A DNA stretch of 64,000 nucleotides from an uncultured Pseudomonadales bacterium (GTDB taxonomy: Bacteria; Patescibacteriota; Microgenomatia; UBA1400; Chazhemtobacteraceae), in the NCBI GenBank assembly GCA_964618725.1, contig CAZUBK010000002.1, positions 3,992-67,991 on the forward strand, given 5' to 3'. Shown here in pieces: positions 47,521 through 57,646 of this stretch. A program made the translations under genes and the position numbers. A model generated the notes under the pieces. It ran no database searches, was not told the DNA's origin, and saw only the letters and a program-made list of their open reading frames with translations. How positions within the stretch are numbered: the first letter of the stretch is position 1; every line of letters starts with the position of its first letter.

Positions 47521-47568
47521 TTGACACAGTATCGTATGAAGTTATATATTCGCTTTATCGAATATATT
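47521..47568 (+). promoter_or_regulatory. Sigma70-type promoter (TTGACA-17-ATATAT) overlapped by palindrome TATATATTCG-N6-CGAATATATT (candidate operator)
   Basis: -35 at 47521-26, -10 at 47544-49. Inverted repeat 47543-52 / 47559-68. 14 nt before the DUF1573 gene start. Confidence 0.45.
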
Positions 47569-47581
47569 TTACTGCCAACGC

Positions 47582-48076
47582 ATGAATGACAAGAAATTAA
47601 TTCTGGGAATAGTTCTGGCAACAGCCATACTGGTCGGAGGAGGAATGTGGTGGGTGGTAAAGTCGGGAGAGGTGGCTGGAGTAACCGCCACTCCAGGGAC
47701 GAAAGTCGTCTTGGAAAAGAATAGTGTTGACTTTGGGGAAGTGAAAATAGGAGATGGAGTGGTGGAGGCAAGATACAAACTAAAAAATGAAGGCGATCAG
47801 ACTTTGAAGCTGTTCAATGGGACAACCTCCTGTGCGTGTACTAAGGCGAAGGTCGTGACAAAAAAAGGCGAGTCACAACCTTTTGGAATGCATACAAAAT
47901 CAAAAGAAGTAACAGAAGTCGCTCCGGGGGAAGAGGCAGAGATAGTGGCTATTTTCGACCCGGCATTTCATGGACCTAGTGGTGTAGGGCCGATAAGCAG
48001 ACAGATTACAGTGACAACCAATGATCCAAATCTTACAGAAATCAGCTTAACAATGATTGGGAGCGTCATTAAATAA
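47582..48076 (+). CDS. DUF1573-like secreted Ig-fold protein
   Basis: N-terminal TM/signal; VDFGEVKIGDGVVEARYKLKNEGDQTLKL...TSCACT pattern. Confidence 0.5.
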   Translation: MNDKKLILGIVLATAILVGGGMWWVVKSGEVAGVTATPGTKVVLEKNSVDFGEVKIGDGVVEARYKLKNEGDQTLKLFNGTTSCACTKAKVVTKKGESQPFGMHTKSKEVTEVAPGEEAEIVAIFDPAFHGPSGVGPISRQITVTTNDPNLTEISLTMIGSVIK

Positions 48077-49040
48077 AATGGAAGATAACATAGAAACAAA
48101 AGCAAAAAAAAGGAGTGGGAGGTCAAAGGCCTTAATTGGACTGTTTGGATTAGGAGCGATCATCTTAGTAGTGGCGAGCTGGAATGTGATGTTTGATGTT
48201 GAGGTCAAGCCAAGTAGGAGATTCCTACAAGCAGCAGGAATAGTTAAACCGACGCCTACACCAGAGCCGGCGCCAACGGCTGAGAGTTTGGCGGTGGCGG
48301 TGGTGCCGGATGAAGGGTATGAAGTGAAAATAAAATGGGGAAAGACGGGAAAAGAATTGGTTAGATCAGGAGCAATTGATCTAAAAAAGTTTTCTGAAAA
48401 TTACGAAGATGCTTCTAGTGAAGATGAACTGAAATATCTAACCGAAGAAGACCAGGAGAAGATTACAGTTAACTCAAGTAATGCATATTTCTGGGTGAAT
48501 ACTTTGTGGGCGCTGGGATTAACCCAAAAGTCAGATGTCCTGGATAAGGGGGTAATGGGGACGCAATATCGCAAAGAATTGGCGACATTTGCCTCAACAG
48601 CGGGTTGGACTCTGGGGAAGAAAAAAGGAGTAGATCTATATAGCTCGGCCAAAATTATAGATTTGAGTGATGAAGAACAAGGAAGAGTGGCCAAGATCTC
48701 GGCCAATATTTATCGACCGTGTTGTGGTAACTCAACGGCCTTCCCTGATTGTAATCATGGAATGGCAATTTTAGGATTAGTTGAATTGATGGTGGATCAG
48801 GAATTTGGCGATGAGGAGATCTACAAAGCAGCCTTGGCATTCAATTCATACTGGTTCCCTCAAACATATATTGATTTGGCCTATTACTTTAAGACAAAGG
48901 AGAAACTTGAGTGGAAAGATATAGATGCGAAGAAGGTACTGGGTGCTCAATATAGCTCAGCCCAAGGATACAAAGGAATAAAGCAATTAATCCAGGGCGC
49001 ACCAACTTTACAAAAAGGTGGGAGCAGCTGCGGGGCATAA
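48057..49040 (+). CDS. Hypothetical N-terminally anchored protein with Cys cluster (RPCCGNSTAFPDCNHG)
   Basis: TM LIGLFGLGAIILVVASW; no recognised domain. Confidence 0.4.
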   Translation: MGASLNKMEDNIETKAKKRSGRSKALIGLFGLGAIILVVASWNVMFDVEVKPSRRFLQAAGIVKPTPTPEPAPTAESLAVAVVPDEGYEVKIKWGKTGKELVRSGAIDLKKFSENYEDASSEDELKYLTEEDQEKITVNSSNAYFWVNTLWALGLTQKSDVLDKGVMGTQYRKELATFASTAGWTLGKKKGVDLYSSAKIIDLSDEEQGRVAKISANIYRPCCGNSTAFPDCNHGMAILGLVELMVDQEFGDEEIYKAALAFNSYWFPQTYIDLAYYFKTKEKLEWKDIDAKKVLGAQYSSAQGYKGIKQLIQGAPTLQKGGSSCGA

Positions 49041-49879
49041 TGGATACGTATTACCAGATCTCGATTGTGGCGGCTTTTATTGCCGGAATGGTGGCCTTGT
49101 TTGCCCCGTGTTGTATCACTTATCTACTTCCGGCATATTTGGGTAATGTTTTCAAGGAGAAAAAACAAGTCATCTTCATGACGCTGGTTTATTCGCTGGG
49201 CATTTTTGTGGCGATGTTGCCGGTAGTTTTGGGGGCAAAGATTATTTCAAAGTTCTTCTTTGATTTACATGATCAAACTTACTTGATAGGGGGCGGATTT
49301 ATGTTGATCGTGGCAGGAATCTCTTTTTTGGGATTGAAATTACCAATGCCACATATAGCGATGAAAGGAAGTGGCAAAACTGACATTGGTTCGACATTTA
49401 CTCTTGGGATCTTTTCTGGAATTACTTCTGCCTGCTGTGCTCCGGTACTGATTGGAGTGATGGCACTATCGACTTTGTCGCCGACGATCCCATTGGCTTT
49501 GGGAGTGGGATTTGCTTATGTACTGGGGATGGTGACGCCATTGTACTTGGCGTCACTGTTTATTGATAAGGTGAAGATCCTAGAGAAACCGATCTTTAAG
49601 AAGAGACTGTGGACAGTGAATCTGTTTGGTCATGTATATCCAATATTTGTGAGCAACTTGATTGCGGCGGTTCTGTTTGGAGTAGTAGGCATGTTGACGA
49701 TTTATCTGACGGCTAATGGAAAACTGGCGCGAGAAAACGAAGAAGCCTTTATGAAATGGATGAATGGATTGGTGTTCTATTTAACAGAGAGGATAAATAG
49801 GTTACCATTAAATAATCTCATTGGGACAGGGGTGGGCGGATATTTACTTTATCGCTTTATTAAAAGAGCGCTAAAATAG
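49040..49879 (+). CDS. DsbD/CcdA-like polytopic membrane protein with paired intramembrane Cys motifs
   Basis: FAPCCITYLLP (TM1) and ITSACCAPVLIG (TM4); 6-8 TM. Confidence 0.4.
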   Translation: MDTYYQISIVAAFIAGMVALFAPCCITYLLPAYLGNVFKEKKQVIFMTLVYSLGIFVAMLPVVLGAKIISKFFFDLHDQTYLIGGGFMLIVAGISFLGLKLPMPHIAMKGSGKTDIGSTFTLGIFSGITSACCAPVLIGVMALSTLSPTIPLALGVGFAYVLGMVTPLYLASLFIDKVKILEKPIFKKRLWTVNLFGHVYPIFVSNLIAAVLFGVVGMLTIYLTANGKLARENEEAFMKWMNGLVFYLTERINRLPLNNLIGTGVGGYLLYRFIKRALK

Positions 49880-49911
49880 ACTTAAGAAAAGAGAGGAGGT
49901 GAGACAAAAAG

Positions 49912-50178
49912 ATGAAACTAAATCAAATGGCGATGGCGAATGCAATGGCGATGGCGGGGGCAGCCTTATATGTGCTCTGTGCCGGAGCAGTGTTACTGTT
50001 TCCCAGCATGACCCGAGGTATGTTTAATACCTGGTTTCATGGGATCGACATGTCGACAATCCCGATGCGAGGAGTGCTACTCATTCCTAGTATCTGGGGG
50101 TTAATTACTTTCTCGGTGTTCGCTTGGATATTTGGCTACGTATTGGCCTATTTTTACAACCAAGGTACAAAGAAATAA
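49912..50178 (+). CDS. Hypothetical small membrane protein (2 TM)
   Basis: RBS-like aagagaggaggtgag upstream; hydrophobic helices. Confidence 0.35.
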   Translation: MKLNQMAMANAMAMAGAALYVLCAGAVLLFPSMTRGMFNTWFHGIDMSTIPMRGVLLIPSIWGLITFSVFAWIFGYVLAYFYNQGTKK

Positions 50179-50420
50179 GTTATAAACGGACAGTATTAAG
50201 GAGGGAGGTGATAGAGATGTCATGGAAGAAATTTAAGTGGTCTAAAGTGATCGGACCGGCGGGTTGGCTAGGTATTGCGGTGGACTGGGCGGGCGGAATA
50301 GGAATAGGGCTTTTGGCTGCGGGGTACATTGCAGACACGATTACCTGGGGCTTGATACTTGTAGGAGTAAGTCTGGTTGGGCATTTATTGATCTTTAAGT
50401 CTGTATTTGGGAGAAAGTAG
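50124..50420 (+). CDS. Hypothetical small membrane protein (2 TM); start uncertain (overlaps previous ORF)
   Basis: ORF with GxxxG-rich helices; likely starts at the internal MSWKKFKWS preceded by ggaggg. Confidence 0.3.
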   Translation: MDIWLRIGLFLQPRYKEISYKRTVLRREVIEMSWKKFKWSKVIGPAGWLGIAVDWAGGIGIGLLAAGYIADTITWGLILVGVSLVGHLLIFKSVFGRK

Positions 50421-50434
50421 GCTGGGTTTAGTCA

Positions 50435-50460
50435 CATGTATTCGTTTTCGCGAATATGTG
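50435..50460 (+). promoter_or_regulatory. Second copy of palindrome ACATGTATTCG-N6-CGAATATGTG upstream of cupredoxin-copA
   Basis: Core ATTCG-N6-CGAAT, same as the 47543-47568 site. 35 nt before the 50495 start. Confidence 0.4.
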
Positions 50461-50494
50461 TGATATGATTTGAAGAGTCATTTAAACTATAGAT

Positions 50495-50896
50495 ATGCAG
50501 TTAACTAATATGGAAATCTTGGTTATGGTTACGGGGATTGGTTTAATAGGCTTGATCTATTATTATTTTTTCGGAGCTAAAAGCGAAGGGGGGAAAGCAA
50601 TGACAGAAGATGGTAAACAGAAGATGACGGTGGTGGTTGACGCGGCATATGTTCCAACAGAGATAGAAGTGAAGGTGGGTGTGCCGGTAGAGATTACCTT
50701 TGACCGGAGAGATCGTGGGGATTGTACTGAGTGGGTGATTTTTGAAAAGTTACCGACAGCGGAGGGACGGGAAATAAAAGCACAATTGCCGGAGGGCAGA
50801 AAGACTGCGGTTGCGTTTACTCCAACCAAGGAGGGTAAGTATGGCTTTGTCTGCGGCATGGGAATGGTGCATGGGAAATTAATTGTTAGTAAGTAA
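50495..50896 (+). CDS. Cupredoxin-like copper-binding protein, membrane anchored
   Basis: N-terminal TM, then beta-sandwich ending [18 protein letters not shown] (Cys/Met/His cluster). Confidence 0.55.
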   Translation: MQLTNMEILVMVTGIGLIGLIYYYFFGAKSEGGKAMTEDGKQKMTVVVDAAYVPTEIEVKVGVPVEITFDRRDRGDCTEWVIFEKLPTAEGREIKAQLPEGRKTAVAFTPTKEGKYGFVCGMGMVHGKLIVSK

Positions 50897-53129
50897 GATG
50901 AAGAAAGAAACGGTAACTCAAGTAGGAGTAAAGGGTATGCACTGTGCCTCATGTGCGAGCAATTTAGAGCGGGTATTCAAGAGGGTACCAGGAATGGAGA
51001 GCTGTAGCGTGAATTTGGCAACAGAAAAAGCAACGTTTAAGACCAGAGGTAAATTGGACTTGAGTCTGGTCAAAAAAGCGGCGCAGAGTATTGGCTATGA
51101 CATCGAGGCAGGGGGGGGAGAACAAATGGTGGACAGCAAAAACAAGGACCTGGAGGAGAAAAAAAGAAAGTTGATTGTGGGAGGAGTATTAGCAGGGTTG
51201 TTGATGTTTTTGTCGATGAGAGAGATGCTTGGAATATTCAAGGAAACAAACACGGCGACGGTTAATCTGATTTCCTTCCTCTTGGCAACACCGGTACAGT
51301 TCTGGATTGGTGGACAGTATATTGAGTCGGCCTGGAAGGCATTAAAACATCGCCTAGCCAATATGGATACGCTGATAGCCGGTGGAACACTGGCGGCCTA
51401 CACCTTCTCGGTAGTGGCGACTTTTTTCCCTCAAGTTTTTGAGTCGTCGGGATTACTACCACACGTCTATTTTGAGGTATCATCAGCGATTATTGTTTTG
51501 ATTGGTTTGGGAAAATTCCTGGAGGCGCGGGCCAAGGGCCAGGCGAGTGAGGCAATTAAGAAGTTGATGGGGTTGGCAGCGAAGACAGCGAGGGTGAAGC
51601 GAGGAAAAGAATTTATCGAAGTACCAATCGAAGAAGTAAAAGTGGGCGAAGTGGTATTAGTGAGACCGGGAGAAAAAGTTCCAGTGGACGGGATGATCCT
51701 TGAAGGGGACAGTGCGGTGGATGAATCAATGGTAACAGGAGAGTCACTACCGGTTGAAAAAAAGAAGGGGGATTCAGTGATTGGAGCGACAGTAAATAAA
51801 TCGGGAAGTTTGACGATAAAGACCTCTAAAATAGGAGCGGAGACAATGCTTTCTCAAATAGTGAAACTGGTTGAAGAAGCGCAAGGCTCGAAGGCGCCGA
51901 TTCAAAAGCTGGCCGATGAGATCAGTGGAGTATTTGTGCCGATTGTACTAATGATTGCGGTGGTAACCTTTATGATTTGGTTTGTGTTGTATCCGCAGCC
52001 TTCGTTTACGGCGGCGATGGTGGCAGCAGTGACGGTTCTCATTATTGCCTGTCCATGTGCCTTAGGATTGGCGACACCGACAGCGGTGATGGTGGGAACT
52101 GGTAAGGGTGCAGAAGGAGGAATCCTAATCAAAGATGCCGAAGCATTGGAACTGCTTCATAAGGTGAAGGCGGTGATTTTAGATAAGACGGGGACACTGA
52201 CAAAAGGTAAACCCGAGGTGACGGATGTGGTAGTAGAAGATAGTAGTTTGACGGCGAATAAATTAATCGAAATGGCGGGAAGTGCCGAAATGCATTCGGA
52301 GCACCCATTGGGTGAAGCGGTGGTTAAATATGCGAAGGAAAAAAAACTGACTCTGACTGAGCCAAAAGGATTTAAATCAATTACAGGTGCCGGAGTGGAG
52401 GCAATAATCGGTAAACAGAAGGTAACAGTGAGCAGTCCAACATATGCCACTAAGGCTGGGTTTGGGGGTGATGCAGAGAAAATAAAGGGGCTACAAGGTG
52501 AGGGGAAGACGGTGCTAATGGTGAGTAACGGCAAGAAACTATTGGGGCTCATCGCGGTGGCGGACACGGTAAAGGAAGACTCGAAAGAGGCGGTGAAGAA
52601 GATGCATGGACTGGGACTCTCGGTCTATATGTTAACAGGGGATAATGAGGCAACGGCCAAAGCGATTGCTAAACAAGTGGGAATAGAGAATGTCTTGGCA
52701 GAGGTGATGCCCCAGGATAAAGCCGGTAAGGTAAAGCAATTACAAGAACAGCTAAAAAGTGAGGGCAAGATGGTGGCGATGGTGGGGGATGGTATTAATG
52801 ATGCGCCAGCGCTGGCCTCTGCTGATGTAGGGATTGCTATGGGGGCGGGGACAGATATTGCGATGGAGGCGGCAGATGTAGTGCTGATGAATAGTCAGTT
52901 AACCTCGATTCCAAAGGCGATCAAGTTATCCCGGTCGACGTTGTTAATCATTAAGCAGAATCTATTTTGGGCGTTTGGCTACAATACAATTCTTATACCA
53001 GTGGCGGCGGGGGCACTCTATCCAGTCTTTGGCTTATTACTGTCCCCCATCTTAGCCTCAGCGGCAATGGCGATGAGTAGTATTTCGGTGGTGAGCAATT
53101 CACTAAGGCTTAAGCGGTTTAGCTTTTAA
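50883..53129 (+). CDS. copA: Copper-translocating P1B-type ATPase
   Basis: N-terminal [33 protein letters not shown]. Confidence 0.95.
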   Translation: MLVSKMKKETVTQVGVKGMHCASCASNLERVFKRVPGMESCSVNLATEKATFKTRGKLDLSLVKKAAQSIGYDIEAGGGEQMVDSKNKDLEEKKRKLIVGGVLAGLLMFLSMREMLGIFKETNTATVNLISFLLATPVQFWIGGQYIESAWKALKHRLANMDTLIAGGTLAAYTFSVVATFFPQVFESSGLLPHVYFEVSSAIIVLIGLGKFLEARAKGQASEAIKKLMGLAAKTARVKRGKEFIEVPIEEVKVGEVVLVRPGEKVPVDGMILEGDSAVDESMVTGESLPVEKKKGDSVIGATVNKSGSLTIKTSKIGAETMLSQIVKLVEEAQGSKAPIQKLADEISGVFVPIVLMIAVVTFMIWFVLYPQPSFTAAMVAAVTVLIIACPCALGLATPTAVMVGTGKGAEGGILIKDAEALELLHKVKAVILDKTGTLTKGKPEVTDVVVEDSSLTANKLIEMAGSAEMHSEHPLGEAVVKYAKEKKLTLTEPKGFKSITGAGVEAIIGKQKVTVSSPTYATKAGFGGDAEKIKGLQGEGKTVLMVSNGKKLLGLIAVADTVKEDSKEAVKKMHGLGLSVYMLTGDNEATAKAIAKQVGIENVLAEVMPQDKAGKVKQLQEQLKSEGKMVAMVGDGINDAPALASADVGIAMGAGTDIAMEAADVVLMNSQLTSIPKAIKLSRSTLLIIKQNLFWAFGYNTILIPVAAGALYPVFGLLLSPILASAAMAMSSISVVSNSLRLKRFSF

Positions 53130-53149
53130 TCGTATACAATTAAGAGAAT

Positions 53150-54184
53150 ATGTTGGGTGATACAAACCTACTACTAATCTTTTTGACCGGGCTGACGACA
53201 GGAGGACTTAGCTGTGTCGCTGTACAGGGAGGGCTATTGGCGTCGGTATTGAGTAAAGATGAGGAGAAGTATCAGGGACGATTAATCAAGAACGAGAAGG
53301 TGGCGAAGCTACTGGCATTTCTAACGGCTAAAGTGGTGGCTTATACCCTACTCGGATTATTGCTTGGATTTGCTGGGTCGCTGATTAGTCTGACGCCGCA
53401 GATGAGAGGTTGGATCCAGATTGTGATTGGTATATATCTGCTTGGGATTGCCGGAGCGATGCTACAACTGCATCCGTTTTTTCGCTATTTTATCTTTACT
53501 CCACCTCGGTTCCTGACTCGCTTTATCAAAAAACAGAGTGCAAGCGAGAGTTTGTTTGCACCAACCATTCTAGGAGCTTTAACCGTCTTTATTCCCTGTG
53601 CGGTAACACAGGGAATGGAGGTGGTAGCATTGGGAACTGGTAAGCCGCTATACGGAGCGGCGATCATGGGGGCCTTTACCTTGGGAACATCACCGACATT
53701 CTTTTTAATCGGTTTTTTGTGGTCGAAGGCAAAGGATCAATTTGGGAGTATCTTTGACAAGGTCGCGGCGGCGTTGATGATTGTATTAGCGGTTTTTTCA
53801 ATCAACGGAGGAGTAGCCGTGATGGGATCGATCTATACTTTGCAAAATTTCTGGAAAGCAGCGACAACGCCGACAGAGACATTGGCGGGAGAAGTAGCGG
53901 GAGCGAAGATAACGAATGGAGTCCAAGAAGTAACCGTGAATGTGACTTCGTATGGATATACTCCGACAAACCTACAATTGAAGAGGGGGGTGAAGACAAG
54001 GGTCAAACTAGTAACGAATCAGACAAGGGGCTGTGCCAGGGCCTTTACCATACCGGCGTTGCGACTTCAACGGATACTACCGGAAACGGGTGAGCAGACA
54101 ATAGAGTTTACTCCTGAAGAAGAAGGACCATTAGTCTTTAGTTGTAGTATGGGGATGTATACCGGGACATTCCAAGTTATTTAA
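53150..54184 (+). CDS. DsbD_2/CcdA-like permease fused to a C-terminal cupredoxin-like domain
   Basis: TM Cys motifs GGLSCVAVQGG and FIPCAVTQG. C-terminal YTPTNLQL...FSCSMGMYTGTFQVI parallels the 50495 protein. Confidence 0.45.
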   Translation: MLGDTNLLLIFLTGLTTGGLSCVAVQGGLLASVLSKDEEKYQGRLIKNEKVAKLLAFLTAKVVAYTLLGLLLGFAGSLISLTPQMRGWIQIVIGIYLLGIAGAMLQLHPFFRYFIFTPPRFLTRFIKKQSASESLFAPTILGALTVFIPCAVTQGMEVVALGTGKPLYGAAIMGAFTLGTSPTFFLIGFLWSKAKDQFGSIFDKVAAALMIVLAVFSINGGVAVMGSIYTLQNFWKAATTPTETLAGEVAGAKITNGVQEVTVNVTSYGYTPTNLQLKRGVKTRVKLVTNQTRGCARAFTIPALRLQRILPETGEQTIEFTPEEEGPLVFSCSMGMYTGTFQVI

Positions 54185-54185
54185 G

Positions 54186-54431
54186 ATGTTGAGTAAATTG
54201 TTTGGTCGGAAGAAAACTGCCGGTGAAAAGATAGAGATGAAGATTGGAGGGATGCATTGCAGTAGCTGTGCTATGGATATTGATTTTGCCTTAGAGGACT
54301 TACCTGGGGTGCTTGAAAGCAAGACCAACTATGCTAGCGCTAAAGTAGAGGTCAAGTTTGACCCAGAAAAGGTGGAGGTGGAAAGAATCAAGAAAGAGAT
54401 TAGCAAAAAAGGATATACGATCAACGGGTGA
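54186..54431 (+). CDS. copZ: Copper chaperone (HMA domain)
   Basis: GMHCSSCA metal-binding motif; 81 aa. Confidence 0.85.
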   Translation: MLSKLFGRKKTAGEKIEMKIGGMHCSSCAMDIDFALEDLPGVLESKTNYASAKVEVKFDPEKVEVERIKKEISKKGYTING

Positions 54432-54850
54432 AAACAAGAGAATTGCTACTACTTAAGATCGCCTGGGTCCAGGCCCTCGTAGCTACACTGGGAAGTCTCT
54501 TCTTTAGTGAGGTAATGAGACTGCCCCCCTGTGTGCTGTGCTGGTACCAGAGGACAGTGATGTATCCGCTGGTCTGGATCCTAGGAGTCGGGATCTACAA
54601 GAAGGATAGAAAGGTGATCATTTATGCTTTGCCACTGGCCTTGATAGGCCTACTTATCGCCCTGTATCACAATCTGCTCTACTACGGTCTCCTGGCTGAG
54701 AGTAGTAGTCCCTGTATTCAGGGGGTATCCTGCACGACCAAGTTCTTTGAGTGGTTTGGCTTCGTGACTATTCCACTACTGTCTCTACTTGGTTTTGGGC
54801 TTATTTGTGTCTGTTTATGGCTGGTTCAGAGAAGAAAGATGATATTTTGA
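54428..54850 (+). CDS. dsbB: Disulfide bond formation protein B (BdbC/DsbB family)
   Basis: PCVLCWYQR (CxxC in loop 1) and SSPCIQGVSC second Cys pair; 4 TM. Confidence 0.75.
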   Translation: MKTRELLLLKIAWVQALVATLGSLFFSEVMRLPPCVLCWYQRTVMYPLVWILGVGIYKKDRKVIIYALPLALIGLLIALYHNLLYYGLLAESSSPCIQGVSCTTKFFEWFGFVTIPLLSLLGFGLICVCLWLVQRRKMIF

Positions 54851-54931
54851 GGCTGGGGAACTTGACTATATAGGGTATTTGTGGTAAATTTGGCTATTCT
54901 CTAATTCAATCCATTTCAAGGAGAAACGCAC

Positions 54932-55498
54932 ATGGCAGAAAAATCTGTTTGCCAGTCCTGTGGCGGGAGCGATTTCGCTCAGATGAAAGACGGCATCCAC
55001 GAGCTGTGTCTCAATTGTGGGACGCGGCATGTCATGGATGTCAAGCCATCCGTGCCAGGGATTCAGATCAATGTAGGTGGCAATGTCACCGGCAATATGA
55101 ATGTTTTCCAGCGGGATGGCCGAATCTACGGCGATCAGGTAATGGGAAACAAAGACTCTGGTCAGGCCAACAAGAAGGCCATGCAATGCCCGGAATGCCA
55201 CAAGCTTTTTCGTGTCCCTCGGGACATGGAGAATCTGGTAGTCAGGCGATCCTTTGAGCCGAACGCCAGGTTCAAGGGCAGCCTGCAGGAGGCCTGGGGA
55301 TGCCCACATTGTCAGCGGCGGCTCAAGTTCAATGACATCTTGGTCGAGACAGAAGTCTCGATCGATGGTCGCTCGACAGTCGTCGGCAATATCACCGGTT
55401 CATCCGGGATCGCCATCGGGCATGGCGCGAGGTCTCAGAACGGCGATATTGTCATTGAGGGGAGTAATGATATCCCCGATGCAATTCCGCCGGAGTAA
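54932..55498 (+). CDS. Hypothetical double zinc-ribbon protein with Gly/Asn/Val-rich beta repeats; GC-rich relative to neighbours
   Basis: CQSCGG...CLNCG and CPEC...CPHCQ. Repeats INVGGNVTGNMNV / VVGNITGSSGIAIG. Several overlapping open frames, typical of a high-GC insert. Confidence 0.45.
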   Translation: MAEKSVCQSCGGSDFAQMKDGIHELCLNCGTRHVMDVKPSVPGIQINVGGNVTGNMNVFQRDGRIYGDQVMGNKDSGQANKKAMQCPECHKLFRVPRDMENLVVRRSFEPNARFKGSLQEAWGCPHCQRRLKFNDILVETEVSIDGRSTVVGNITGSSGIAIGHGARSQNGDIVIEGSNDIPDAIPPE

Positions 55499-55503
55499 TT
55501 TCT

Positions 55504-55538
55504 AAAAAGGGGGTCATATGACCCCTTTTTTTTATGCT
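55504..55538. terminator. Bidirectional intrinsic terminator between convergent genes
   Basis: aaaaa-GGGGTCATATGACCCC-tttttttt: perfect 16-nt palindrome flanked by an A-run and a T-run. Confidence 0.6.
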
Positions 55539-55543
55539 GAAAA

Positions 55544-56692
55544 CTAGAAATATTTTTTGTTTTTTAACTTGTCGGGGAGAAGAGATCTGTCTTTGGGATA
55601 CATTTCGTAGTTTTTGCCGTAGTTTAGATTTTTCATCAGTTTGGTGGGGGCATTGCGAAGCTCGAGTGGGATGGGAAGATTACCGAGGTCGTGTACGTCT
55701 TTTTGGGCACTTCTCAGAGCATCATAGGCACGTCGATCTTTCTTGGCGGTAGCAAGATAAATGACACCGTGGGCAAGATTGATGGTGCATTCGGGGTAGC
55801 CGATGGTTTCAACCGCGCGGAAGACCTCATTGGCAACAACTAGGGCGGTGGGCTGACTCAACCCAATATCTTCAGAGGCAAAAATAACCATGCGCCTGGC
55901 GATGAACTTGGGATCTTCACCTGCTTCTACCATGCGGGCGAGATAGTAAATGGCAGCATTGGGGTCAGAGGCACGCATAGATTTGATAAAGGCAGAGATG
56001 GTGTTGTAATGTTCTTCTCCCTGTTTATCAAATCTCAAGAATTTGTTTTGAAGGGTGTTTTTTAGATTGTCTAGGGTAATTTGTTTGTAGAGACGGTGGG
56101 TACTCTCAAGCATGGTAATGGACTGGCGGGCATCGCCATTAGCCATACGGACGAGCCAGTCCTTGGCCTCTTTGTCGATACTTGACTTAAGGGTAATGAC
56201 GACCTGGTCGATAATTGCTCCGATTTCTTCGTCGCCTAATTCATAAAGGGTGAAGACGCGACAGCGGGAGAGAAGGGGAGAGATGACTTCAAATGAAGGA
56301 TTCTCTGTAGTGGCACCGATGAGGGTAAGAGTACCCTTCTCGACAAAGGGAAGAAGAAAGTCTTGTTGAGCTTTATTGAAACGATGGATTTCATCTAGAA
56401 AAAGAATGGTAGGAACATTGGTTTTGTTAGCCTGGTCAATGATTTTTTTGACGTCGGCCTTGCCGGCTGAGACGGCAGAAAGCTCATGAAATTGGGCACC
56501 AAGAGAAGAAGCGTAGATACGGGCTAGCGTAGTCTTACCGACTCCTGGAGGGCCCCAGAAGATGATGGAGAAAAGATGTTTTTGCTCAATGGCAATACGG
56601 AGTGGTTTGTCTTTTCCGACGAGATGATCTTGGCCAATGAAAGACTCAAGAGAGATGGGACGAAGTAAAGATGCTAGCGGTTCAGGATTCAT
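55544..56692 (-). CDS. rarA: Replication-associated recombination protein A (AAA+ ATPase)
   Basis: Walker [10 protein letters not shown], Walker [10 protein letters not shown], sensor/arginine finger, RarA C-terminal helical domain. Confidence 0.9.
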   Translation of the reverse strand: MNPEPLASLLRPISLESFIGQDHLVGKDKPLRIAIEQKHLFSIIFWGPPGVGKTTLARIYASSLGAQFHELSAVSAGKADVKKIIDQANKTNVPTILFLDEIHRFNKAQQDFLLPFVEKGTLTLIGATTENPSFEVISPLLSRCRVFTLYELGDEEIGAIIDQVVITLKSSIDKEAKDWLVRMANGDARQSITMLESTHRLYKQITLDNLKNTLQNKFLRFDKQGEEHYNTISAFIKSMRASDPNAAIYYLARMVEAGEDPKFIARRMVIFASEDIGLSQPTALVVANEVFRAVETIGYPECTINLAHGVIYLATAKKDRRAYDALRSAQKDVHDLGNLPIPLELRNAPTKLMKNLNYGKNYEMYPKDRSLLPDKLKNKKYF

Positions 56693-56791
56693 TTTTTTCG
56701 GTAAATATTGGGGTGATCACATCTTAAATCAGAAGGGTAGAACAAACAAGACGGAAGAAAGGCAGGGTACTAGACCCTGCCTTTCAGATCA

Positions 56792-57028
56792 TCAGGTCGG
56801 GAAGAGAAACTTCCTAGCAATCGAATGCTCCTCCCCGTCAGGGTAACTTGTGTCGAAGTTGCCATTCAACTTCTGAAGGATGACCACAAGAACTGGTTCT
56901 GCCAAAGGCTGATTACCCTCGGCGACTTCGACCAGGAGATTTGTAAACGTTCGTCCTACGATGAAGTATAAAACGTTACCTTTCTCGAGTTCCTGATCGA
57001 GGGATAATGGGACTGCATCTTCCTTCAT
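56792..57028 (-). CDS. Hypothetical small protein (78 aa)
   Basis: ORF only, no motif. Region between rarA and tRNA-Gln. Confidence 0.25.
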   Translation of the reverse strand: MKEDAVPLSLDQELEKGNVLYFIVGRTFTNLLVEVAEGNQPLAEPVLVVILQKLNGNFDTSYPDGEEHSIARKFLFPT

Positions 57029-57091
57029 TTTACCTCTCCCTTCGTAGTTGTTTATCCCATATTATATCACGGTTTGTAAAGACCTTCGTGG

Positions 57092-57340
57092 CTAGCGGCC
57101 AGAGGAAAAACGCTCGAAGAGCCACTTGCGATGGAGACTTATTCCTCCTTCCAGGGTCTTGAGTCTGCTTCCAGGGTCGGAGTCAACCCGAATAATCCTG
57201 ACCCAGATTAAGTCCCGAGAAGATTTGCTAAACCGAAGGACCTGAACTAGAGCTAGCAGGTCGTGTTTCCGGTCAAAATAGAATAGCTTTTGGCCTTTTC
57301 TCAAAGGACAACGTCCAATGTGGTGGTACGTATTTGCCAT
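57092..57340 (-). CDS. Hypothetical small basic protein (82 aa)
   Basis: ORF only. Confidence 0.25.
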   Translation of the reverse strand: MANTYHHIGRCPLRKGQKLFYFDRKHDLLALVQVLRFSKSSRDLIWVRIIRVDSDPGSRLKTLEGGISLHRKWLFERFSSGR

Positions 57341-57409
57341 TTTTCGCTCCCTTAAATGAATGTGCTAGCCCATATTCTAGAACTAGGCATGATAAAATAC
57401 TAGTATCTA

Positions 57410-57480
57410 TGCCAGGTCGGCTAATGGTAGGCCAACAGAATCTGGATCTGTTTATCATGGTTCGAACCCATGCCTGGCAA
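57410..57480 (+). tRNA. tRNA-Gln (anticodon CUG)
   Basis: Acceptor TGCCAGG/CCTGGCA, U8, D-arm GGCT/aatggta/GGCC, anticodon stem ACAGA/TCTGT with loop atCTGga, 4-nt variable loop, T-arm CATGG/ttcgaac/CCATG, discriminator A. Followed by hairpin gtggc-tttta-gccac. Confidence 0.8.
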
Positions 57481-57646
57481 CCCCTAGAGAGTTCCAGTGG
57501 CTTTTAGCCACAGTCGCTCGCGCCCCCGCTTTGGCGCGGAGCTCCCGTGTGCGGGATTTCGCTGTTGCTCAAGATGCGAAGAGCTTTAGTAATCAAGGTC
57601 CTTAAAAAGGTGACAGGAAACGCAAAGATTGGCTGTGTCCTATAAT

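Noticed and set aside
54866-55505. Three extra ORFs (54949..55257 +, 55254..55505 +, 54866..55309 -) overlapping the zinc-ribbon gene
   Set aside because: Alternative frames kept open by the locally high GC content; Arg/Ser/Gly-rich translations. The zinc-ribbon frame has the coherent motif structure.
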